A stretch of DNA of 32,000 nucleotides, taken from assembly GCA_025839675.1 (NCBI GenBank), contig CP104013.1, positions 2,400,001 through 2,432,000 of the forward strand, in the 5' to 3' direction. Below the pieces are notes generated by a model. That model saw only the letters and a list, made by a program, of their open reading frames with translations, had not been told where the DNA came from and made no database searches. Each line of letters begins with the position of its first letter. The first letter of the stretch is position 1. Below, one piece after another: positions 8,511-16,134 of the stretch. The stretch comes from Candidatus Lokiarchaeum ossiferum. Its GTDB lineage: Archaea > Asgardarchaeota > Lokiarchaeia > Sigyniarchaeales > Promethearchaeaceae. Both the position numbers and the translations under genes were made by a program.

Positions 8511-9056
8511 ATGAGTTCTGCTCCAGATTTTACCTATAAACTGCTAATGCTTGGTGATGCTTCCGTCGGCAAAACTTCGTTAACTCATCGCTACATTACA
8601 GGTGTTTTTGTCGATTCCCCCCGTTTGACAATAGGAGTGGATTTCTTTTCTAAAAAAATCAAATTAGCCAATGATAAAAAAGTGAAGTTGCAAATTTGGG
8701 ATTTTGGGGGAGAAGAACGTTTCAGATTCTTATTACCAACCTATAGCAAAGGGAGCAATGCAGCCTTGTTTTTATATGATATAACATCGCAAAAAACATT
8801 AGAAAGCCTGCCTCTTTGGATAGATATTGTTAGGAAAAATGCAGGAAATATTCCAATATTTCTTATCGGGAGTAAAAGCGATTTAGAGGATCACCGCGTA
8901 GTTACCAAGGAAGCGGCTTTAGAATATTCCAACAAACATTTATGCACCAAGCACTTAGAATTGTCAGCTAAAACAGGTGCAAATGTAGAAGAATCGTTCG
9001 AGTATATCACAGAATTACTTATGGACGAATCAAAAAAATTGGCAGACACCCAATAA
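8511..9056 (+). CDS. Rab/Ras-like small GTPase with atypical G3 and G4 motifs
   Basis: G1 GDASVGKT, switch I TIGVDF, G3 WDFGGEE (instead of WDTAGQE), G4 GSKSD (instead of NKxD), G5 SAKTG. There is no C-terminal Cys/CAAX. Confidence 0.9.
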   Translation: MSSAPDFTYKLLMLGDASVGKTSLTHRYITGVFVDSPRLTIGVDFFSKKIKLANDKKVKLQIWDFGGEERFRFLLPTYSKGSNAALFLYDITSQKTLESLPLWIDIVRKNAGNIPIFLIGSKSDLEDHRVVTKEAALEYSNKHLCTKHLELSAKTGANVEESFEYITELLMDESKKLADTQ

Positions 9057-9207
9057 TCTTCTTCTTTTTCATTGTTTTTTCCAAAAATTGTTTCAATTCC
9101 TCAAACTACGGATTATGAATATTTTAATTCAATTATTAGAATTCAAGAGAGTGAGTTTAATATTTCATAAAATGGAAGAAAATAATTATAAAAGAAGAAA
9201 TAAGGGA

Positions 9208-9326
9208 GTTTCTCAGTTTGAGGTTTCGCAATATTCGAGATATCACTACTATCCACAACGCATCCGGCCTTAACTTCAGTGTTCGGAATGGGTACTGGTG
9301 TTATTCCGGACCTATGACCGAGAAAC
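9208..9326 (-). rRNA. rrf: 5S ribosomal RNA (119 nt), not linked to 16S/23S in this window
   Basis: The minus-strand sequence GTTTCTCGGTCATAGGTCCGGAATAACACCAGTACCCATTCCGAACACTGAAGTTAAGGCCGGATGCG... carries the universal 5S loop/helix signature (CCGAAC...GAAGTTAAG). The termini pair (GTTTCTCGGT with ACTGAGAAAC, one G-U). A T-rich tract follows the 3' end. Confidence 0.85.
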
Positions 9327-9347
9327 AATTATAATAGTTGTGAGTCC

Positions 9348-9355
9348 TTAATAAA
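9348..9355 (-). promoter_or_regulatory. Candidate TATA box for the 5S rRNA gene
   Basis: The minus strand reads TTTATTAA, centred about 26 nt upstream of the predicted 5S 5' end. This is the canonical spacing for archaeal TBP/TFB promoters. Confidence 0.4.
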
Positions 9356-9400
9356 GATATTGATTTCCTCTTCCCGATATTTAAATTTTACGCCCCATTT

Positions 9401-9440
9401 AGAATTCCTCGCAAATTGGTAATATTTAGTTAGGAATTCT
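9401..9440. promoter_or_regulatory. 9-bp perfect inverted repeat AGAATTCCT-N22-AGGAATTCT upstream of the Lrp-like gene
   Basis: The arms at 9401..9409 and 9432..9440 are exact reverse complements, about 120-155 nt upstream of ATG 9557, in the shared intergenic region with the 5S promoter. Confidence 0.35.
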
Positions 9441-9556
9441 TTACGCAAAATTTTTTTTTATATAAAGCAAAACTCTTTACATAAAGTTATTTAAGTTACT
9501 TATAAAATATAAGAATTGAAGAAGTATTGTAAGATCGTGCTTGGTGAAGACTCTTT

Positions 9557-10102
9557 ATGAAAATAACAAAACTTGATGAAATAGACAAACAATTAATACA
9601 AATGTTGCAAGCTGATTCAAATATAACCCATAGCGAAATAGCGAAGAAATTGGACAGAAGTCAGCCAGCAATTGGTGCACGAATCAAAAAATTAACAGAA
9701 CAAGGCATTCTCGCAACTCAAATAGGCGTAGATTTCTCAAAAACGGAAATCAGTTCAATGTTAAATTTAGTAAAAGTTGAAATGACCACTTCCAAACCAG
9801 AAGTCGTTTTTGACATAGCTCAACACTGTCCTTATATTATAAATGCATTGAAAATGAGTGGTGAATATAATGTATTGCTTTTCATGGCTTGCAGTCGTTT
9901 AAAGCGGTTAGATATAATTTTAGATCGCCATTTTCGCAATCAACCCTATGTAAAAAAAATTCGGATGGACATTATTACCAGTTATGCAAAAGAATTTGTT
10001 TTACCGGTAGATTTTGAGTCAGAAAATTTTGATTCTCCTGATGATCAATGTCATGTCTCTAACTGTCCGTACTGTACCAATTTGGAAGATGAAAAGCAAT
10101 AA
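9557..10102 (+). CDS. Lrp/AsnC-like transcriptional regulator (HTH plus RAM-like domain) with a C-terminal Cys cluster
   Basis: N-terminal LDEIDKQLIQMLQADSNITHSEIAKKLDRSQPAIGARIKKLTEQGIL (AsnC-type HTH). Central VKVEMTT...ALKMSGEYNVLLFMAC (RAM/AsnC_trans_reg-like). Tail CHVSNCPYC. Confidence 0.75.
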   Translation: MKITKLDEIDKQLIQMLQADSNITHSEIAKKLDRSQPAIGARIKKLTEQGILATQIGVDFSKTEISSMLNLVKVEMTTSKPEVVFDIAQHCPYIINALKMSGEYNVLLFMACSRLKRLDIILDRHFRNQPYVKKIRMDIITSYAKEFVLPVDFESENFDSPDDQCHVSNCPYCTNLEDEKQ

Positions 10103-10300
10103 AAACATCCCATTTGTTTTTGTCTCAGAAAATTTTCCATTTATATCCAATTAAGTCCAACTTTTTCTTACTTTTTGAAATTGATTTGTTGAAAAACCCT
10201 TTCTTTTATGAAAAATAAAGCTTATGCTCAAAAATATTCCCCAAAATAAGAAATAGAGTTAAATGAAAAAAAATTATAAATTAGTTAAGGGCGATTAAAA

Positions 10301-10846
10301 ATGAAATACAATGAAATGCTTGATATTGATGAAACGGATAAAAAAATAATTTCAATATTACAGGAAGATCCCGAAACTACCCATTCTGCAATAGCTGAAA
10401 AAGTTCATAAATCACAACCCGCAGTTGGTGCTCGAATAATTAAATTACGACGCAAACACTTAATTACAGAAGCCGTCGGGGCCGAATTCAACCAACTAGA
10501 CTTAAAATTTGCTCGAATCGAATTATCTACTAAAAATGTTTCTAAAATTTGGGAACGCTTTAGAAGTTGTCCGCATGTGGTGAACTGTTTTAAAATGACA
10601 GGCGAGTTTAATTTAATGTTGGAAATTATTGCCCCCAACGTGAAAACAATTGAGCATTTTGTAGATTCATGTTTACGAAAAGATCCCCTTATACTTGATA
10701 TTAGAACAAACTTTGTAATTGATAGTTTACGGAAATATGTAGTACCCTTGTATTTTGAAATAGAAAAATATGAAGAATCCGGATGTTCTTATGAATGTGG
10801 GGGACCCATCACAAAAGCAGATTTGAAAGTACTCATGGATTCTTAA
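10301..10846 (+). CDS. Lrp/AsnC-like transcriptional regulator, paralogue of 9557..10102 with identical length (181 aa)
   Basis: DETDKKIISILQEDPETTHSAIAEKVHKSQPAVGARIIKLRRKHLI and CFKMTGEFNLMLEIIAP are colinear with the upstream paralogue. The C-terminal tail has GCSYECGG. Confidence 0.75.
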   Translation: MKYNEMLDIDETDKKIISILQEDPETTHSAIAEKVHKSQPAVGARIIKLRRKHLITEAVGAEFNQLDLKFARIELSTKNVSKIWERFRSCPHVVNCFKMTGEFNLMLEIIAPNVKTIEHFVDSCLRKDPLILDIRTNFVIDSLRKYVVPLYFEIEKYEESGCSYECGGPITKADLKVLMDS

Positions 10847-10856
10847 CCAAAAACGA

Positions 10857-11843
10857 TTAAATGTCGATTTCTTCTTCTTTTTTATATAATTCTACAGCCA
10901 ATTGTTTAAAAGCTTCATTCACTCCACGTCCTGTTTTTGCGGAACACTCCACATAAAGAAAACCATTTTGCTTAGCATATCTACGAGCTTCCTCTAGAGG
11001 AACCTTTCGCTCGAGGTCCGTTTTATTACCTATCAATAGCGTGGGAACTCTTAACCCTAGATGTTCTTCTAATTCATCAACCCACACTTGCAAATTTTTA
11101 AAAGAAATTGGATTGTTCACATCGTAACAAAGCAGAGCACCTTTAGCATCCCGATAATAAATCCCTCGAATTTTTTCATAGTGAGCTTGTCCAGCAGCAT
11201 CCCAGACATTGAGAGTCGCTTTAAAAGTCCGTGAACCATTAATGAATACATCGTCATCACTTAAATACTCACACGTAATTTCTTTAGATCCGAAATCAAC
11301 CCCTAAAGTGGTTTTTAAGTCCTTTTTAAAATAATTATCGGTGAATCTTACTTTAATGGCCGTTTTTCCAACAGCAGAATCACCAATTTCCACTATTTTA
11401 AAAGAATAATGGTTATGAAGTAAGGATTGCACTTCTTTTTTAGCCCACGGCCCGATGGTATCCCCAGAAATTAAATCTTCACGAATTTCAGTTATTTCTT
11501 CAAATTCAAGGAGAAAGCCTTTAGTATAAGTATCAACTTCCATGTATTCCAAGGCTTTTGTATTAATTGTTTTAATTTTTCCAGAACAAGGCGAATTTAG
11601 AGTAGTAATTCCTTTTTCAGTGACGATACTGGCAAACGGTTCATTTATTTTGATTTCATTTTCTACCAAAATTGTCACAATTTGTGGAGACGCTAAAAAT
11701 GCAAACCCAATTTGGTCCAAACCGATAAGTTTCTTATTTAAATCTAAATATACATGATGATTTTTAGAATAACTCAGATTTTCGGGAATATAATATCGAC
11801 CATTAGCTAGATAGACCATATACAAAATCAATATACACAACAT
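10857..11843 (-). CDS. Fusion protein: N-terminal GcvH-like (lipoyl-carrier-like) domain plus C-terminal Rab-like small GTPase
   Basis: Residues ~18-115 align colinearly by eye with glycine-cleavage H protein (IPENLSYSKNHHVYL / IGLDQIGFAFL / ASIVTEKGITTLNSPCSGKIKTIN / TYTKGFLLEFE). The lipoyl-Lys position is retained, with the same K-x7-P-x-SG spacing as E. coli GcvH. Residues ~150-328 are a canonical GTPase (GDSAVGKT, TLGVDF, WDAAGQ, NKTD, SAKTG). Confidence 0.8.
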   Translation of the reverse strand: MLCILILYMVYLANGRYYIPENLSYSKNHHVYLDLNKKLIGLDQIGFAFLASPQIVTILVENEIKINEPFASIVTEKGITTLNSPCSGKIKTINTKALEYMEVDTYTKGFLLEFEEITEIREDLISGDTIGPWAKKEVQSLLHNHYSFKIVEIGDSAVGKTAIKVRFTDNYFKKDLKTTLGVDFGSKEITCEYLSDDDVFINGSRTFKATLNVWDAAGQAHYEKIRGIYYRDAKGALLCYDVNNPISFKNLQVWVDELEEHLGLRVPTLLIGNKTDLERKVPLEEARRYAKQNGFLYVECSAKTGRGVNEAFKQLAVELYKKEEEIDI

Positions 11844-11891
11844 AGTTTAATAAAACATCTTATTGATGAAAAAATTCCATAAATATAAGAA

Positions 11892-13361
11892 TTGGCGAGT
11901 ATTTCTTTATTGAGAACAGTGAAACCCTTAGCGTTAAAAAAATGTCTTGATATTCTCCAGAATTATTTAGAATATCCCGCTTATTCCTTGGAATCCAGAC
12001 TTCATCATCGGGATGAAAAACAATTCATTGATCAGAATACATACTCGGAGATTCTAAACGACCTACGAGAGATTATGCGATGGTTAAATAAAATTCATTT
12101 CATCACTCAAAAAACCTTACGTGCTTTGAATTTGGATGCAATTACTTATCTACAGAGAGCAGAACTATACTATTCAGTATACTGCGTACATTGGAAGCAA
12201 ATCAAGGGTTTCACTCTGCAAAAAGAATTTGATGAATTTCATAAAACTATCCCAGACTATACGCATCCTAAATGGATTCCCCTTTTAACTCAGTTTTTAG
12301 AGAAAATTAGTCATTTTTCTTGGGAAATTGCCTTGAAAAATAAACCCTTGCCAGAAAAAATCAGCATATTGCAAGCAGTTCCTTCCTTTTTTGTAGAGCA
12401 TTTGTTGCCAGTAATGTCAGAAAAGAAAATTCAAGCCAATGCCAAAGCGATGAATCCTTTTAAAGATCAAAACTATATCGCACTTAGAATAGTACTTGAT
12501 AAGGGAAAGGATGAAACAGCGCTGAATGTGATCAGGGATGAATGTCTTCAATTTTTGCATCGAAGTAGGATTAAGACCAAACTTGATCCCGATATACCTT
12601 TTCTAATCCATATTCCACTGATTCAACGAAAACTTGTGTCAAAATCAAAATTCTATGAATCAAAAAAAGTAATTTTTCAAGATAAATCCGCGATAATCGC
12701 ATGCATACTTGTTGATCCGCAACCCTTGGAATTAATATTAGATGTTTCGGCATCTCCAGGGATGAAAACAAGATTAATCCAAGAATTGACCCAGTTTCAA
12801 AGTGTAATCATTGGCGGAGATATCCGTCGAGATCGGCTTAAAGCAACGGAAAAATTGTTAAATCAGATGGAAACACCAAATACCCATCTCATCCAATGGG
12901 ATGGAGCAAATTTACCTTTACGCATAGGTGACAATTTTCAACAACCAATATTTGATAAAATCTTGTTTGATGCACCATGCTCGGGTTCAGGTACATTTTT
13001 AAACGACCCTGAAATGAAGTGGCATCAAAATAAACATATTTTATTAAAAAATGTCATTATTCAAGAAAAAATTTTGAAACAACTGAAAAAATATATACAA
13101 TCGGGAACGACTTTGATCTATACAACTTGCAGTTTATATCCCGAAGAAGGAGAATATCAAATAAATAAATTAATAAATAAGCCATGGTTCAAAGAAATGA
13201 AACCTCAACCCTTAATGAAAGGCATTTCTCCTTCGTATTCGATTAATGATTCGCTAACAGCCATTTTATCATCTCCAGAAAAACAAATTATTGGATTAGG
13301 TCGAATTTTTCCAGCTAAACAACGTTCCCAAGGGTTTTTTTATGCTAAATTTAAGAAATAA
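11892..13361 (+). CDS. NOL1/NOP2/Sun (RsmB-like) RNA cytosine-C5 methyltransferase with a long N-terminal extension
   Basis: SAM-binding DVSASPGMKT, catalytic FDAPCSGSGT and LIYTTCSLYPEEGE motifs. The start is TTG in the track. Confidence 0.8.
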   Translation: MASISLLRTVKPLALKKCLDILQNYLEYPAYSLESRLHHRDEKQFIDQNTYSEILNDLREIMRWLNKIHFITQKTLRALNLDAITYLQRAELYYSVYCVHWKQIKGFTLQKEFDEFHKTIPDYTHPKWIPLLTQFLEKISHFSWEIALKNKPLPEKISILQAVPSFFVEHLLPVMSEKKIQANAKAMNPFKDQNYIALRIVLDKGKDETALNVIRDECLQFLHRSRIKTKLDPDIPFLIHIPLIQRKLVSKSKFYESKKVIFQDKSAIIACILVDPQPLELILDVSASPGMKTRLIQELTQFQSVIIGGDIRRDRLKATEKLLNQMETPNTHLIQWDGANLPLRIGDNFQQPIFDKILFDAPCSGSGTFLNDPEMKWHQNKHILLKNVIIQEKILKQLKKYIQSGTTLIYTTCSLYPEEGEYQINKLINKPWFKEMKPQPLMKGISPSYSINDSLTAILSSPEKQIIGLGRIFPAKQRSQGFFYAKFKK

Positions 13362-13399
13362 GATTAAAAAAGAAAAAAGATCAAATGGAACCTCAAATT

Positions 13400-13636
13400 T
13401 TATTTCACACATTCGAAAAAGAGTTCCCAACCTTCATCATCATCTAAAATTTCAGTACCCAAAAATTTATGTTTAGTTTTGGCCAAATCTCGGGGAACGG
13501 ATTGACTAGCAGGTTTGTAATCGGTGATTACTTTTAAAATTTGTCCCGGTTGCATACTTCGCAATCGTTTTTTCGTCTTTAAAGCGGGGACTGGGCAAAC
13601 CAATCCACATGTGTCTAATTCTGCATCGAATTTCAT
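13400..13636 (-). CDS. tusA: TusA/SirA-family sulfur-carrier protein
   Basis: 78 aa. MKFDAELDTCGLVCPVPALKTKKRL carries the conserved CPxP persulfide-carrying Cys motif. Confidence 0.85.
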   Translation of the reverse strand: MKFDAELDTCGLVCPVPALKTKKRLRSMQPGQILKVITDYKPASQSVPRDLAKTKHKFLGTEILDDDEGWELFFECVK

Positions 13637-13669
13637 AGGTTATCACTTATTTATTTGTTTTTGAGAAAT

Positions 13670-13693
13670 AAAAAAAAACCGATTATTCATCGG
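13670..13693 (-). terminator. Short hairpin overlapping the stop codon of the FrhB::GltD gene, followed by T9
   Basis: The minus strand reads CCGAT-GAATA-ATCGG, then TTTTTTTTT. Oligo-T tracts are the main archaeal termination signal. Confidence 0.5.
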
Positions 13694-16130
13694 CTAAGGA
13701 AAAGATAGGCTCATCATCTTCAACAGCCATGACCAACTGACCTTTTTGTACTAAACGCAATGCGTTAAAGCGGACATCTTTCACTTTCATATCCAATTTC
13801 TCTCCTAAAGTACTTATTGATCCCGAGCCGTTGAGTTTTAGCCAATTATAGATTTTTTCACGGGGAGTATGAGAATGTTCAAGGATTCGACGTTTCATTT
13901 TCTTATCAATCGCCAGATCAACGGCTTCTTTGGATACAACGCCAGTCACTAATAGATCTGCTTTGAGCATTTCTTGAACAATTCTTTGAGCTCGCTTGGT
14001 CCAAATCACAACGGTTGTGAAATCTTTCTCAGAACCAATCTCACCAGCTGTAATATCAGCATGAATAGCAGCAAAATCTTGACAATGAGAACAAAATCGG
14101 TTACAATTAAAACAGCGGTTTGCTTCTTTAATTGCCATCGATTCATCAAAGATTCCATCAATTTCTTCAAAATTTCGCCAGATTGTTTGGATTTCTTCAG
14201 TAGGAGGTTTTTTCGATTTGTCCTTTGGTGGTAAAATTGGGTGGAAGAACATTTTCGATCGATTAATTCTCCCTTCTTTAAGATCTTGACCTCTCAAATA
14301 TCGATCAATCGATGTTGCAGCTTCTCTTCCATGAGCAATTGCTGCAACCGCCACATTTTTCCCACGCACAATAATATCTCCTCCGGCAAAGATTCCGGGA
14401 AGATTCGTTTCAAAGGTTATCTCATCCACTTTGATTTTACTTCGATCTTTCTCTAATTTTGACCCGCTTGCTTGGTCAATTAAATCTAGATCTCCAGTTT
14501 GTCCAATCGCGATGACAATTGCATCGACATCAAAACTATATTCTGAACCTTCAATTTTTTCAAAATTAGTGCGCCCATTTTCCCCAGGTTGTTGGGAAAC
14601 TTTATGACAATTAAATACTAAGCGACCATCGTCGGTTTGTGAGAATTTTTTAGTTGATGTATCATACTTATATTCAATAAATGGCATTTCTGCAGCAGGA
14701 ATCTCTTCACGAGCCATTTTTAATTGCTCTTCACTTCGGATTTCGACCATGATGGCCTTTTTAGCACCTAAACGAATTGCAGTTTGAGCAACATCAATGG
14801 CAACAGGACCCCCACCCAGAATTCCAACGGTTTTATCCTTGAATTCTTCGAGATTTTCCCAATAGCGATATTTTCTATCCACCAAAAATTCAACAGCAGT
14901 ATGAACATTGGGAAGATCTTCACCTTCCAATTTTAAGGTTAGAGGTTGATATTGACCTACAGCCAAGAAAATTGCTTCATAACCTTGATTTTTTAAATCT
15001 TCGAAGGTCAGGTCAGGTCCAATCGGACTGTTGAGTTTTACATCAACACCTGCTTGTTTTACGAACTCTACATCATAATCTAAGACCTCATCTGGCAAAC
15101 GGAATTTAGGAACCCCAAAGCGAAGCATTCCTCCAGTTTTATCAGATTTTTCAAAAATTGTAGGTTTATATCCCAATTGTGCTAAATAATAACTGGCTGT
15201 GAGTCCTGCTGGGCCTGAACCAATGATGGCCACTTTTTTATTGCCAGATTTTCCAGACTCAATAGGTATTTTACGCCCATGTTCCATTTCCCAATCAGTA
15301 ATATACTTCTTTAATTCCCGAATGGCAATCGGATGATTAGTTCCAATTAAAGTACAATTGTATTCACATTCATGAGTGCATACCCGTCCGCAAATTGATG
15401 GTAGAGGATTCATTTCACGAATCAAGTCAACAGCTTCTTGGAAATTGCCTTGGCGAATTTCGTTAATATATCCAGAAGCATCCACTCCAGCGGGGCAACT
15501 TCGTCGGCACGGTGAATAAATTTCGCCTTCTTCCGATTCACCTCCCCGAATATTTGCATTGCAAAATAGTCCAATTTTGAAAATTTCGGTGTTCATTTCG
15601 TCTTCAATACCTTTTGCACCTCGAATTTCGCATGGAACTCCAACAATACCAACGGGTCCATGATCAGCATCGCCCAATACTTCGACCATTTTTTCTAAAA
15701 CACCGGAGCGTCCATAGGAGACTCCAGAATATTTTCGAACATCATTTGGATCAGAGGTTATTACTGAAACAGGGCGACCATTCATACTTTGAACTTCCAC
15801 CAATTTCTTCACTTTTCCTGATTCCAAAAGATATTTATTTAAAGTAGTGACAAATCCACCACTTACGGCATTTCTATGAATATCTTCATCCGTAGATTTA
15901 AGCGCTAAAATATCTAGAGGTGTTTCCTTAGAGACTTTAGTCAAGCGTATTTGAGGACATTTACTATAGCATTTACCGCAAGCTTCCCCATCTCGTTCCA
16001 TAATACAGAAATCATCAAGAGTTGGTTTGAGATCTTCCATGATCAAATGTTTACATGATCCAGTGCACAATCCACAACCTTGACAAAGTCCTGGATTGAT
16101 AATTTCTTGTTTTAATAATCGAAAACTCAT
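13683..16130 (-). CDS. Multidomain flavo-FeS oxidoreductase: FrhB-N, inserted GltD/NfnB/SudA-like NAD(P)H-FAD module, FrhB-C, C-terminal winged-helix-like tail
   Basis: N-terminal CQGCGLCTGSC...AVSGGFVTTL...VGVPCEIRG...IGLFC (FrhB/FdhB N domain). The middle has CRRSCPAGVDASGYI...NPLPSICGRVCTHECEYNC plus VAIIGSGPAGLTASYYLAQLGY...GGMLRFGVPKFRLP (GltD/NfnB-type). Late CFNCNRFCSHCQDFAAIHADITAGEIG (FrhB C domain). The last ~70 aa resemble a wHTH. Confidence 0.8.
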   Translation of the reverse strand: MSFRLLKQEIINPGLCQGCGLCTGSCKHLIMEDLKPTLDDFCIMERDGEACGKCYSKCPQIRLTKVSKETPLDILALKSTDEDIHRNAVSGGFVTTLNKYLLESGKVKKLVEVQSMNGRPVSVITSDPNDVRKYSGVSYGRSGVLEKMVEVLGDADHGPVGIVGVPCEIRGAKGIEDEMNTEIFKIGLFCNANIRGGESEEGEIYSPCRRSCPAGVDASGYINEIRQGNFQEAVDLIREMNPLPSICGRVCTHECEYNCTLIGTNHPIAIRELKKYITDWEMEHGRKIPIESGKSGNKKVAIIGSGPAGLTASYYLAQLGYKPTIFEKSDKTGGMLRFGVPKFRLPDEVLDYDVEFVKQAGVDVKLNSPIGPDLTFEDLKNQGYEAIFLAVGQYQPLTLKLEGEDLPNVHTAVEFLVDRKYRYWENLEEFKDKTVGILGGGPVAIDVAQTAIRLGAKKAIMVEIRSEEQLKMAREEIPAAEMPFIEYKYDTSTKKFSQTDDGRLVFNCHKVSQQPGENGRTNFEKIEGSEYSFDVDAIVIAIGQTGDLDLIDQASGSKLEKDRSKIKVDEITFETNLPGIFAGGDIIVRGKNVAVAAIAHGREAATSIDRYLRGQDLKEGRINRSKMFFHPILPPKDKSKKPPTEEIQTIWRNFEEIDGIFDESMAIKEANRCFNCNRFCSHCQDFAAIHADITAGEIGSEKDFTTVVIWTKRAQRIVQEMLKADLLVTGVVSKEAVDLAIDKKMKRRILEHSHTPREKIYNWLKLNGSGSISTLGEKLDMKVKDVRFNALRLVQKGQLVMAVEDDEPIFSLADE

Positions 16131-16134
16131 TTTT

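Noticed and set aside
9088-9328. ORFs 9088..9273 (+) and 9143..9328 (-) from the track
   Set aside because: Both overlap the 5S rRNA gene (9208..9326) and have no protein-like features. They are explained by the RNA gene.
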